Origin: Strigamia acuminata
Lineage: Eukaryota
NCBI GenBank assembly: GCA_949358305.1
Contig: OX442314.1
Coordinates: forward strand, 11,036,001-11,100,000
DNA: 64,000 nt
Direction of reading: 5' to 3'
In this document: piece by piece, positions 1 to 13,506 of the stretch
How the letters are laid out: each line of letters opens with the position of its first letter
Position numbering within the stretch: the first letter of the stretch is position 1
Notes under the pieces: generated by a model
The model's input: the letters and a program-made list of their open reading frames with translations, nothing else
Database searches by the model: none
What the model was told of the DNA's origin: nothing
Position numbers and translations under genes: made by a program

Positions 1-34
1 TATTTAATTAATTGAATTGTTTAATGATTTTCAG

Positions 35-2152
35 GCTGCTTTTGAGTCGCGAATCGACGACAGTGCACTTGCTCGTTTTGGACCTCGTCCAGTTGGTCGT
101 GAAGAGCGCTCAAGAGGCTTTGGAGACGGAGAAAAGAAAGAAATTGAAAGAACTGGTTCCCGCCAATCAGGAATCGACGGAGCCGGCGTTGGCCGTCGCT
201 CTGCTCGGAGAAGGCGGCGAAAACGGGGAAATAATCCCCGGCAAATCGGTCGTGTTTGCCATTCTGGAGGTCTGCATGTGCGTACTTGTGCGGCAATTTC
301 CCAAGATCAACACGGCGGAGAACAGCAATTCGTATTCCACACACCTACAAAACCGGGGCTTCATCTCGCCGGAGGATTGCAACCTGCTGATAGTCTACAC
401 CATGAACGTCATGTCCGATTTGCCCAACCTGTGCTCACCAATGGGTAAAATTAAAAAAATTAAAATAATTAAAATAATTAAAATAATTTTTGTTTTGCAG
501 GTAGCGTTGCGATTTTGCCGACGTTGCTCATTCTGAGCACGGGAGTTTTGAAGGAAGTGGTGTCGCGTTGCGACGTGTCGTTTACGCGGACGACGAATTC
601 GCCGCTGGCCGCGTGTCTTCACACGTTGCGGTCTTTGGCCACGTCGCAGTTCACCAAGGATCACAGGTGCAGCCACGAGTGGAAGAAATTGTTGCAAAGT
701 GCGCTCGCCAAGATTTTGGACTTGTCCAAATCCGGCACGGACAATGGCAAACCGGACGAAGTGGCCATGTTGTTGGCGGTGGCGGTGTTCGTGCTGGGAG
801 CACCGGTCGAAGTCGTTTGCATTCCAAACTTGCAGTTCCCGTGCATCAATCTTTTTCAACAGACTTTCCAATCGGATAATCTTGCAGTAAATAGGAATTG
901 ATTTTGTTTTGGGGTTTTTTATAGATTTATTTTGGTTTTTAGATTCGTCTCAAATGCGTCCAGACGCTCAAGTCCGTGTTTTTGCATTCAAACTGCATGA
1001 TTTCAACGCCGTACATACACGCTTTAGCGCCTCGAATCATTGAGTATTTACTCTCCAACGAGGCGTTGCAAACCAGTGACGAACAACACGCGACTATCAC
1101 TTTGGAATGTCTGCAAGCGGTGGAAACGCTCATTTCGGTCGCTGAACCAAATCACAGTTGCGTAAATACTTTTCTCAGGGCTAAAAATGCAGTTTCTACA
1201 GCAAAATATAAATTTTGCGATTAAAAATGTCGTTTTTCGTTAGAAACGATCATTTTTGCACTTTAAATTGCAGTTTTTCTTCAAAAACGATCATTTTTCT
1301 ACGTAAAATTGCAGTTTTTCATCAAAAACGATCATTTTTCTACGTAAAATTGCAGTTTTTCATCAAAAACGATCATTTTTCTACGTAAAATTGCAGTTTT
1401 TCATCAACAACGATCATTTTTCTACGTAAAATTGCAGTTTTTCATCAAAAACGATCATTTTTCTACGTAAAATTGCAGTTTTTCATCAAAAACGATCATT
1501 TTTATACGTAAAATTGCAGTTTTTCATCAAAAACGATCATTTTTATACGTAAAATTGCAGTTTTTTATCAAAAACGATCATTTTTATACGTAAAATTGCA
1601 GTTTTTCATCAAAAACGATCATTTTTCTACGTAAAATTGCAGTTTTTCATCAAAAACGATCATTTTTATACGTAAAATCGCGGTTTTTCATCTAAAACGA
1701 TCAGTTATGCACACGAAATTTCATTTTTATGTCAAAAAAAATTTTTTTAAAAGCATTTTTCAGTCAAAAAAGTCAATTTTCTACCTTTTTGCCCACAATT
1801 ATTGTACAATTTAATTATTTTTCTTGTAGAAATCCATCTTCTTACCTTGGCTATTCCGTTGCTCATAAGATTCCTCGTTACGAACGAAACCATTTGCAGC
1901 GACCGGACCCTTCACATACACGCTTTGCAGTGTTTGATGAAAATAGGACCTCAGTATCCGGGTGAATTTCGAACCGTCATGGCTAGAAATCCCGATTTAC
2001 GTGCTAGATTAGAATCTGCAATTCGAAGCAGTCAAAACACAAACACTAACCGATGCGCATCTGCCGACAACGAACAGGAGTCGGCGCCGCCCACATTCTC
2101 GCAGTTCCCTTCGATTAAATTGAAGACAGATTTTAGTAACTTTACCGGTTAA
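35..2152 (+). CDS. HEATR5: HEAT repeat-containing protein 5, C-terminal exons (approx. 35-444, 501-885, 943-1156, 1830-2152); 5' part lies outside the window
   Basis: Peptides LGEGGENGEIIPGKSVVFAILEVCMCVLVRQFP, ALQCLMKIGPQYPGEFRTVM and terminal SIKLKTDFSNF match HEATR5A/B C-terminus; GT-AG introns join the ORF pieces. Confidence 0.9.
1243..1702. repeat. Intronic 41-bp minisatellite, about 11 copies
   Basis: aaaacgatcatttttctacgtaaaattgcagtttttcatca recurs every 41 nt (acgatc at 1287, 1328, 1369...). Confidence 0.95.
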
Positions 2153-2793
2153 ATCAGAATTCTATAACGAAATAATTTTATATGTTTTGAAGAAAACTCG
2201 TGGGGGAAGACCCACATGAATTTTATATTATCTTATTATCTTTTTTTTTTAAAAAAAATGCAAATTTTAATTTTTGTTTATTGGGATTAAAATTTGGAAT
2301 ATTATTGTGTATTATTTGGCTTGTATATTATATCTTTTTTCTGGCTTGTTTTTCAATTTGAGAATAAAGGATGAATTGAATTTTCTAAATTACCGAAAAA
2401 TCGAGAAATTTCTTTCTAATTGAATTGAATTTTAATAATTCTCATCGATAATTACATAACGTTTTTTTTCCAAATACTCTTAACAACTATGTACAACAAA
2501 ATCATTATATAGCGTCTAAAAGATGACTAAACAATATCCATACACAAAATAATCAGTTTCAAAGAGGTGACTAGCAGAGCTCGCAAAACGTGGAAGACGG
2601 TCAATCTCCTCAACAAATTCAAACTCAGAGTCTAATTGTTTTAAAACACACGATTGTATATTTCTTTTCACACAAATAAATACTAAACAATAAAACAAAA
2701 CAACAAAATAATAAAAAATAATAAAACAAACGAGAATATCACAGAAAAAAGTTAATTTTTGTCACCAAAACGTAAAATTCTCTAAATATTTAA

Positions 2794-5700
2794 TTACCCA
2801 GTCGCATTATGGGTAGCGAACGAATTGTGCCTCGTTTCCAACGCGATCAACTCTTGTTGCAAAACTTGTCTAGTCGCCAACAACGATTTATTCTCCTCCT
2901 CCACTTCCTCCAACCGCTGCATCGCGCTCGCCGCTCTCGCCGATTCCATCGCAACAATTTCCTCCAGTCTTTCGTTCTCCGCCTCCAGTTTAGTCAAAAG
3001 CAACAACTTCATCTTCAACTCTCGATTTTCCTCCAGCAAACTCAATTCGTCCTCACCATCCGTCGCCGTTGCGGCGTTCTGTTTGGCTGTACCGGCCAAA
3101 CACGTTGGCGAAACAAATGTGGGCAGTGGTGACGGAAGAGACGCTAACAACTCTTCAACGTCTAAAAAATACAATTGCATCCATTAATATAATTCAACTT
3201 TTACACGCTTTTATTTCACCTTTATCGTGATGCTTAATAAGAATTATTCCATCTGCTTCGCGCCGAATTGATAACTGCGAGATGGCCACGTCTACCGGAA
3301 TTGCGCCCGGCGAAGTGACATTAATCGGTGGCCTATCGTCCTAAAAGTTACATTTAAAAAAATCATTTAAAGTTTACAATTATTAAACAAACACAAACCT
3401 GTAAATTAATATTGACGTCCTTTAAGTACATCTTGAACGGCATCGGAAGCGGAATGATCTCGTCTTCGATTAAATCCGGCATGCCGACGACGCCGCTCGA
3501 AAACAGAGACAAATTCACGCCGGATATGATTGCAGTCGCTATTCCGCGCTCCCCGGCAGAAACGGCCACTTTTTCCGCTTTCGGTCCTATCTCGTGTCGT
3601 ATTCTCACGTCGCACGGATGAAGATTGAGCCCGTTCGACGATTCCTGCCAACCGCGAGATCCTGAAAAAATCAATTTGAAATTTAAACTTAACGATTTAA
3701 AATTTAAATTTAAATTTACTCACTGGCCGAAAACTTAGTTTGAAATTCGTCCCACGTGATATTGCTTTGGCCTTCGCTAGATAACTGGTGACACAGTATT
3801 CGTATAACGGAGTCATGTCCCTGAGAATTTTGGATCGCTTCGATCTTCCCCATGCGCAAACTCATCACGGACACCAAGTCAGACCGTTTGATGCTGCACG
3901 ACGACGTCGACGTCGGCGTCTCCTTGATTTCGCTCGCCTTCTCGATCTTGGACGCCACGCTCGTCGACCTAAACAACGCGTCTTCCGCCTTGTTCGCCTG
4001 ATTATCCAAATGGACCATCAAAAACTGATCGCTGTCCGACGACAAATCGCTGCGCACGGACAACGTCTCCCAGTCCTCCAAAGACTGCACGTCGTCCGGA
4101 CTACTCCCGACGGTTTTCCGATCCAGACTCTGCAACGACGCTTTGCTCGTCGTGATCGCCGAGTCGATGCTCGACCGAATGCTGAACAACCCCTTCTTCA
4201 TGACGCTCGAGCCGGACGCGAGCGTCTTCGACAAATTATCCGACAAATCCGTCAACGCGGTGCGCTCGGGCTGCGCCATCGACGCCGAACTCTCCTCCTC
4301 CGGCAACGGACAAACTTCGTGCGACGACGTCGACGTCGGAGATCCGTTCACGAGCGACCTCGTGTCCAGCAACGAATCGCTCCGCGACTTGCTCAAATTC
4401 CCCTCGCTGCCCAACTCCGCGCTCTCCTTCAAATTCACGTGCTCGGACGCGGATCCGCGAACCCCGTTCGTCGTTTTCCTCCTCCGATAATTCGTCTCGT
4501 CGGGCGTGATCGATTCGCAGTTGTCTATCGACCCTTCGCGCTCCGCTTCCTGGCAGTTGGCCATCACGAACGACAAGTCCAGCTCGGGGATGCGCGCCGC
4601 TGCGCACGTGATCGGCAAACGTCCGATCTCGACTCCGCTGATCCGCGCCGTGTCCGTCACCAGCTGCTTGGCCACGTCCGCCACGACGTCCAGCGCGCGC
4701 AAAACGAACAAATACTGATAGTGGTTCAGCTGCACGTTGATCAAGCTGTGCACGTGCGCCAGCACGTACATGTCGCCCAGCGCGGCGGCCCTGGGCCTCT
4801 CGTGCACCCACAGAGTGAGCGGAAAAGCGTCCAGGAACGGAAGCGGCCTCGGTTTCGGTCTGTTGGGCGTCGCGGGCACCGTGAAATCCGCCCACACGGG
4901 GTCCATGTGCACGCACCAAATGTTTTTCTCTTCCTGCCACAGCAAATCCTTGTGAATGCGACCGAACAAACTCCAAATGTCTTCGTCCGCGTCGCCGTCT
5001 TTCACTTTCGATCGCTCCCAAGTGCGGTCCGAGCTGAGCGAGTGCTCGACGAAAGCGTCGTTCACAGGGTGCGGGTCGCCCTCCGTCGACGGGAATGCGG
5101 AACAGAAGAACAATTCCCCCGCCTGCAGCCCCTCCAAGCACTTCCCGAGGTCCAGTCGGCCGCACGATTCGCCGATCCGCGAGTTCGACACCGTCAGACG
5201 CGAGATCTGCACCTGTAGTTTGCGCGGACGATCCGTCTGAGCGCTCGGGCGCTCGGCGGTGTCGACGAAGAGGATGCGCGGCATCAGACCCTCGACTCGG
5301 ACGTCCATCTTGGGCGAAGGCGCGCTCGCGGCTTCGGGCGGAGGGTCGAACGTCACCTTGCGAAGACTCAACGAGAAGGCGTTCAGCCAGAGCAGCGTGA
5401 GGGCGTCGAACGTGAGGCTCAGCGAGTTCACCGTCACGTGCATGTTCGGCGGCGGCACCGGCAAATTGTAGTCGCCGGGGTAGTAGTACTGCGTCCACTC
5501 CAGATGGATCGTCGACATGTCCGGTGGCAACATCAAACGCGCCTTGTCGCTCGACACGCACTTGCTGTGCGTCGTGGCGCGCGACGTCGGTGTGGACACG
5601 CAGAATACACTGAATTCGTCCACGCGCACCACCACGCACGTCGACATGAGCCGAGCCAGGTAGTTGTTGATGGTCACTTTGGTCGGGGTCGGAGCCGTTT

Positions 5701-7567
5701 TCTTGGCCGGCTCGCCCTGTCCCTGTCCCTGCGTCCTACACACGGGCGTGTGTTTCGGCGATTCCCCCGGCAGGAGTTCCGTGAGCCGCATTCGGAAGTC
5801 CGCGAGCAGGGACGCCACCCAGGACGAACGCGAGGTAGAATTTTCTTTGTAGCGGAGCCAGTATTTGCGGCTGCCGTTGGCTAAATGGTAAGGGTAGTAA
5901 TCGACCGACAGGTTTTCCAGCGCCACTTGTATCGCGCCACCTTCTGATAATTGCGGATGAGCTGAGCCGATACCTGAATAAAAAGAGGAAAAAGGTTCTA
6001 TTTTATGATTTTGATGCGATTTAGAGCGTAAGAACGCTGAAAATTGTTTGTTTTACCCTCCGTTGTGACTTCGTCGCATAGATGGAGATCAATTTGGCCC
6101 GAATAAAAGTGATATGATGTTTCGTGCACATCGTAGGTGCTGAAAACGCGAGACAGAACAGTGTCTACGGGCGTCGCGTGGCCCCGTGGCGAAGGAGAAG
6201 CCGCGACATAACTCTGGTTGCGCCAATCGGACGTCGACTGAGCAAAAATAAATAAATTAATTAATTAATTAAAAATTATATTTTGGCAATTGAATCACCT
6301 CTAGTTTGCGCGCTGCTTTGACTTTCTGACTAAGCTGAGTGGCCTTGTGGATCAAACCGCTGAGCGAATTGGCAAAATGAGCTGCGGCTCTGAGCTGCGA
6401 GTCGGTCACGACCCACAGAAGTTCGTCCAAAATAAAAACTAGGCGCGAACCGAGGATGCTGCAATCGCTCAGTCGCTTTTTGATGATTATCCGACATCGC
6501 GCCTGGTTTGTAATTAGTCTCAAAGGCGTGTAGTAGTCTTCTTGGAGCTGCACAGCTTTCGCTTCCAGTCTCAGCGTCTGCCACTCGACTTGTTTGAAGA
6601 TGAGCAGTTCGCCAGTGGTTGGTTCCTTCAACCGCGTCATCCGTAGATCACTTTTCTGCCATGTCGGTGTGCGCGAATCCAAACACAAGCGCGTCAACTG
6701 CAAGTTTTTGTCGTGTTAATTAGTGCGAATCAATAACTGGGGCGGAATAATTACGTGGAACGACGCGTGGAAAGCTTTCGAGTTGAAATTCACAATGACG
6801 CTGTTCACTCGCACCGTCATTCCATCGATGACTTTGTCGGAAAAACCGTATTTTCCGCCTGAGCTGAATAAAAACGAAAAAAAAAATTTTTTTATTTATA
6901 AAATTTGAGATAAAAATTGATAATACCTGTAATTTGGCACAGAAGTTTGCGTGGAATGTGGTCTTAATTCGTCACAAGTCTCCATTTCTACCAAAACTTC
7001 ATCCAAATTCTATTTAAAAGCATAAAAAACACACAAATCCATCATTTCCGACCATTTTTCTATACAAAATAAGTCTTAAATGAGTAAATTTATAAAAAAT
7101 CATCAATTTTGATTTGTTATTTCATACATACCAAGTGAATTGGGACAGATTTGAGTTTGGTCCACATAATCTTTAATAAAAATCAACATTAATTCAAATT
7201 GGTAAATTGCCATAATACTATTATTTATTTATTTATCTAACTAAAGCGCCGTTGTTTACTCGCCTTGCACGACACTTTATTGCAAACTGCTTTGGTTAGT
7301 CTGATCCATACGGGTAATTCGAGTAAATCCATTAAAACTTCTTCATTCAATTCGAGATTGGTGAGTTCGCCTTCGCCCTTCAGCGTGCTCACATTGATTT
7401 TATCGGCCGACAAGTTTTTGGTGAATCTGAAACGGAAATTAAAAAAAAAATGCATTAATTTATATCCGTGTTGTTTTGCACGCACCTTGCTAAAACAAAA
7501 CGAAAATTGATCTACGATTGTACTTTGATAAGTGTTTCAAGATCCCATTCTTGATAAGCGACGCCAT
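2794..7567 (-). CDS. BLTP3: Bridge-like lipid transfer protein 3 (UHRF1BP1/UHRF1BP1L family), multi-exon
   Basis: Chorein-type N-terminus MASLIKNGILKHLS..FTKNLSADKINVSTLKGEGELTNLELNEEVL; LRLITNQARCRIIIKKRLSDC; IQVALENLSVDYYPYH; C-terminal coiled coil at 2794-3160; large GC-rich exon approx. 3721-5973. Confidence 0.9.
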
Positions 7568-7831
7568 TTGTGTTTGAATTTGAATGAATAGATCAAGTTT
7601 AAATGAATCTCAGATTTCCGCATCTAAACTCCATCGCTACTGCTCGCTTTCGAAATAGTCACGTGAGGGTTTACGTCATTTCTTTTGAGCGGTTTGTTTA
7701 AAAACTGGTTGGGGTAAAGAGAAAAGGCGGAATGATTCTTAAATTTTATTTTATTTATTTTATTTAATGTTACATTCATTTTTTTCGTTCGGGAAAAAAG
7801 GAAAAGGAGAAATTGGATTTGAAATCCAGCT

Positions 7832-8505
7832 CTATGTTTTTTCCCAATCAGAAAGAAGTGAAACGGAAATTGCGGAAAAAACCTTTTCCTCTTTCTTCCA
7901 TAGCTTCGAAGGTCGCTGTTCTCTCACTAGTGTCGCTGTAGCTCCTGAAACTATAAATCTTTTTGAGTAAAATAAAATATACACAGCTGTATGAATAAAA
8001 TATTTCGGTACTTGTATTCCCCGGAATAATTCGGCCGAATTGTAGTCGATTTTATGTCCGCACATTTTTTCATTCCAGCTGTTGTTAAAACTTTATCTAA
8101 AATATGCACATTTGTTAACTTATATTTTCTTACATTGTGTCGGGTTTTAGTGTTACCCCGCCGCAAGTTTAGGAGGAAACACTAAAACCCGACACGGTAT
8201 GTTCTTGCCTTGTACAGTTTTGTTGTTGCACACTTTCTTAAACAGGGACCATTTCCAGAAGGGAATTCCCAAAATGGTCATCCCAATATTTTTACACACA
8301 TCGTCACTTGGTTCCAAATCGGAAATGGTTCTGATGGGAACGCCGGTTTTAAATTTGGCAGCACGAAATGTTGGAAATGATGCAAATCTGTAAATCAAAA
8401 ACTAAATTATTTTTGTTCTTAAAATCATTAAAACGGAGTAAATGTTAAAAAATACAAAATATACTTTAACGTGTGTGTCACACAGTTCTTCATAACCGAT
8501 GCCAT
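7832..8505 (-). CDS. Possible small orphan gene, 141 aa (exons 8505-8471, 8387-8209, 8096-8012, 7958-7832)
   Basis: Manual splicing gives a continuous frame from caaATGG, but it needs one GC donor and one weak donor; no recognisable homology. Confidence 0.3.
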
Positions 8506-9118
8506 TTGCGGAAATTATCCAAATTTCAATCCAGTTTTAAGTTGTTTTCCTCGCAGATCTCCATCATTAGTATCACTCTCGATATACACACAAGAAGGTT
8601 TCAAATGTTTGCCACTGCACGAGTTAGTGCATCAGCAGGCGTGTTGTTGTGGCGGTAAAACATAAATTGACCAAAAAATCTGTCTACATCTCCTTACCTT
8701 GCCGATTTTACCTTATTTTCAAGAAAATCAAAATATCCTCTCATTGCATAGTCTGTAAGGATCTGACTATTTAACCAATCTAATACTATCTTCTTGATCT
8801 ATTACACACGTCTGTATTCAACAAAAATGAATCTTGGGAAAAAGTAAAACGTGAAACAAATTCTGTCGTACAAAAATAATAATAAAAAAAAACACAAAAA
8901 AAAACATAAAGCTCTATTATTCTAGTATTCAAATTATTTGTTAAAATTTTTTTTCTCTATCGCTGTATGTGTATTAACACCGACTTGAATTCGACAATCG
9001 CAATTTTCTTACCTTCTCTTTCTATAACATTTCTTTTCATCTTCCTTTCACAACTGATCTGGAAAACAATATCTATAGACCGAGCCAACATGGGCTCTCT
9101 CTGCGTAGTTTTGACGTG

Positions 9119-10535
9119 ATGGCATTCACAAAACAAGCTCAAACAAGTGTGAAATGGTTCTTTTTAGGATCTGCCATAAGTTTCACTGACCTAATCTGCC
9201 ATACAGACAATTTATTAAGCAAAATAGTAGTTAATTACGTCGCAATAATAATAATTCTGTACGCGACAATTGTCGTCTTATATTTTCGACTTAAGCTCTC
9301 CCCGAGCGCCTACGAGGTACAAAACTAAAAATTTTAATTACTTGAACATTTCCCACAAATATATTTAATTAATTTTCATTTTATTCATTATCCAGGTTGC
9401 AATTCGCTCGTTCGGCTTAGGTGTCGTGTTCGGTGTCGCAATTCTTTTGTCATTATGGGCCGAGTCACGTGCCGTGAGCTTCGGTTGGTATTTGTGCCTT
9501 CTCAGCTTCTTCCATATATCAGAATACGTTACGACAGCATTGATTAATCCGCGCACACTTAACCTCGAATCGTTCCTAATAAACCACAGTCGCGAGTATA
9601 ATATTGCGGCAATATTCAGCTGGACTGAATTTTGGCTCGAGTGGTTTCTATTTCCATGTAAATGCGGGCAAGAAAAGCGTTGTTTTATAATATTTATTTA
9701 TCGTTGTATTTTAATTATTGTTTTTACGTTGCAGATTCAAAGGGATTTTATTTTTTGAGTTATGTTGGTATCGCAATGTGCGTGTGCGGTGAAGTTATTC
9801 GCAAATGTGCCATGTTTACTGCCAGGACGAATTTTAATCATGTCATTCAAGTGCAAAAGGAAGACGGTCACGTTTTAGTGACCGATGGGATTTATAAGAT
9901 TTGGCGGCATCCGTCTTATGTCGGATGGTTTTGGTGGAGTGTAGGCACGCAGGTATTAACGTTTCTGTGCTGTCAGGACTGTACGATGACGTTTTGTTGT
10001 AAAAAATGCACGCAAAAGGGTTTTAATGCACAAAAATGCATAAAAGTTCTTAGAAATAAACTTTATGCACAAAAAATTTAAATTTTTGCAGAAAAAGTCC
10101 AAATTTTTGCACAAAAATCAAAATTTTTGCACAAAAAATCAAAATATTTGCTCAAAAAATCAAAATGTTTGCACTAAAAAAATCAAAAATTTTGCATAAT
10201 GATCTACAAATACGGTATGCCCTTTTATGAAAAAAAATGCATTTTTCAGATACAAAATTTCTTGAATAAGCATTTTTTAGAAGCAAATAATCTACTTTTG
10301 CAGCCTTCTTTATAGCATTTACTCACTAAAAGTTTATTTCTAATTGCAGATTGTATTGTGCAATCCGATCTGTTTAATCGGTTACACTATCGCATCATGG
10401 AATTTCTTTAACGAGCGGATATACGAAGAAGAATTAATTCTTTTAAATTTTTTCGGTCAAGATTACGTGAAATATCAGAAGAAAGTGCCTACTGGATTAC
10501 CTTTTATATCGGGATTCAGGGTAGAGTACCAATAA
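9119..10535 (+). CDS. ICMT: Protein-S-isoprenylcysteine O-methyltransferase (exons approx. 9119-9316, 9396-9657, 9735-9952, 10350-10535)
   Basis: FFHISEY, SFLINHSREY, AMFTARTNFNHVIQ, LVTDGIYKIWRHPSYVGWFWWSVGTQ, FFNERIYEEE, KKVPTGLPFI. Confidence 0.95.
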
Positions 10536-11117
10536 GCGGACAAAAATCTTTATTTTCAATTCAATTTCCTTTTTAATAAACAAACAAATAAATAAAAACT
10601 ATGTAAATTAATTTCAAACTTTAATTTCATCATCGGAGTCGCAAACATGCAGAAATCAAACCTATTTTTCTACTTTTCCTTCTGACAAATGAAAAAACAT
10701 CGAAAAATCGATAAAATTCGTGTGAAAATGCTTTTATTTCTCATTATTATAAAATTAAAACTAAAATATTCTAAAAACAGTGCTGCCACAAGGCGGATGT
10801 AAAATTATTTACAAAATAATGTACAAAAATATTTTTTTTCCATTGACATTTAAAGTTTTCTAAATAAATAAAGAGCACCACTAATAAAAAAAATTAAAAA
10901 CGTTCTATAGCTGCTACGTAAACTAAGTTTGTTTAGATCGACAATATCAAAAATATAATGTGTTGTTTTTTCTTTTCGATATTGCTAATAAACGTTGTGA
11001 TACAATGCTGTGAATATTATAGGATAATACTTGTTTTTGTTTTTTTTTATACAAAAAAAATTAATTTAATAAAATAAAAAAAAATAAAAAAATGGCACGA
11101 ATGAACAATAAAGGGGA

Positions 11118-13506
11118 TTAATGAATTTTCTTCTTCATGATTTCCTTAAGAGCAATTCTTGCATTTGTTTTCTCATCATTTTGAATTTGAACTTGAGTTT
11201 AGCTAGTTCTCGCTGTTCTTCTTCTTGGTAACGAAAACTTATTGCTTTTAATTCCGTCAAGGATAAATTCAGAAATTGAGCCACCTGGGAACGATAAAAA
11301 TTAGCTTATTTAGCATTTTAGACGAAAAAATCAAAATAACCTCCGAAAAAATCAAAATAACCTCCGAAAAAATTGCTATTGTGTCGAAAAAAATCATTAT
11401 TTCATTCAGAAAATCGATTTTCAACAATAAAAATAGCCATTTCCCCCAGACACCATCAATTTCATCGATAAAAAATGGTAATTTCCTCCAGAAAATCATC
11501 ATTTTTATAAAAAATGACATTTTTCGTTAAAAAGTGTAATATTTTCCGACAAATCGCCATTTTCTCCGAAAAATTCATCATTTTTGCTTCGGAAATTATT
11601 TTTTGGGTCTCAATTGCTGCTTAACGCAACGACCCTTAAAAATAACGTTATAACACTCCAAATTGATACTTCATTAACAAACCTCGCTTGAAATTTCATT
11701 CGTTTTACGTTTATCCATGATAAACACTTTAGCCACATCTTCGTGAGGTCCCAAATTAACACGAACTAACAACGGATACTCCGTATCTAGAAGCCGTCGA
11801 GTCTCTACAACATCAACAACAACAACATAATAAAAAACCAACACTTTTATCCAACAAAAATCAACTCACCGCCATTATCCCTGACAACAAACAACGCAAA
11901 ATTTTGCGGGGGATTCTCAACACGAAATTTATCCAACAACATATTGATAACTTCTGGTCCGTTTACCATGCTCGTAACCCAAACATGAGTTGCACTTCCG
12001 TACGGTGGAGTGAAAACACTCGTCTAACGCAAAAAACGTCAATATTGTTACGAAAATGGTCAAAAATGGCGTTAAATTTACTTCTCTGTTGTAGTAATGA
12101 CCGTTAATCGAACAACGTCGTTTAAGTTTACTTCTTAAACGACTCGACGCCATTTTTCGTATTCGAACGGGGTTTTCGTGCGCGCCATTTTCAGTTGAGG
12201 GCGATTTTTTCGGTTCTGGTTCCGTTTTGGCTTCGACTTGCTTCAAGTCGACGCCATTGAGTAATATCTTATGTTCGATCTGTGACTCTGGTTTCTCTTT
12301 TTCCTCAATTGTTACATCAATTGATTCCAAATCGGAAATCTATATAAACAAATAAAAAATTAAATTTTTTTTCTTTAATTTTTATTTTTTTGATGAAATT
12401 ATTATTTACATCCGAGTCTGGGCTCTCGATGTATCCGTTGTTTATCGCCTGGCGATAACTGTTTCTTTTACGCACTTGGATGTGAGTTCGCTGATCATCG
12501 TCTTCTTTTAAATGGATTAGATTGTTTACGCCCCAATAAATGCGTAGGACGCCTTCTAATATCAATTTTCCATTTCTCTGTGAAATTTTAAATCTTAGTT
12601 AGAGATTTTGTAACTTTAAATTAAAGATTTAGCATTTATTGGCAGAAAAAACGCTAAATTCCTTTGGTTTTCTACGGATGCCAGTAAATAGTCCATTTTT
12701 AAGAAAAACTTGAATTTCTTTTTATAAAAATTAATATTTTTAAAAATATTTTTTTCATAAAAATTCAATTTTTCAAAGATATTTTGAGTAAAAATTGAAT
12801 TTTAAAGATTAATTTGGTAAAAATTAAATTTTTTAAGATTTTTTGAGCAAAAATTAAAATTTGATAGATTTTTTTGAGTAAAAATTAAATTTTGTTAAAA
12901 CTTTTACGTAAAAAATTAAATTATTTTTAGATTTTTTCACTAAAAATTAACTTTTCAGAAAAAAAATTAAAAATTTAAACCAAAAATTGACCATTTCACA
13001 TCAAAAATTAACTATTTTTTCCCCAATATCTTCCGAATCACCTCTCTAGCTTTCAATTCCTGACTTTTTCCTTCATAAAATTGATTGTAGATACGCAACT
13101 TCGCCTCCAAATGAGATCTTTCGACCAACGTACATTGTCTGCTTTCAACCTTCCCAAAACTCTTGTGACACTCGACCTGAGAGCCATGGCCGAACAAAGT
13201 GGGCCCAAACAATGCGCTGTAGCACGGAACGTGGCAATAAGGAACACCCTTATGCTGAAAAAACATTTTCAAAATATTAGTTTCCGCAGAACTCAACCAA
13301 AATCACATTTTACTTCGGAATGCTGGCCCGGATTGAGTCTTTTTCCACATTCCTCGCAACGTAGACATTCCGGATGCCAATCGTAGCCCAGCGATTGCTT
13401 TCTTTCAGCTGAAAAATCACAATTCTCGAATTAGCACTCGCCAAATAAAATGCAATTAGGACTCACCAAAATACACTGGTTTTAGACACTTATGACACGT
13501 CCACAT
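11118..13506 (-). CDS. RASSF: Ras association domain protein with N-terminal LIM domain and C-terminal SARAH region (RASSF2/4, Drosophila Rassf-like)
   Basis: [90 protein letters not shown]; stop at 11118-11120. Confidence 0.9.

Noticed and set aside
1243..1702. Regular repeat array that could resemble CRISPR
   Set aside because: No unique spacers; eukaryotic intron; no cas genes
3788..5884. Long overlapping and antisense ORFs (476, 467, 148 aa)
   Set aside because: Shadow frames of the GC-rich BLTP3 exon; Arg-rich and motif-free
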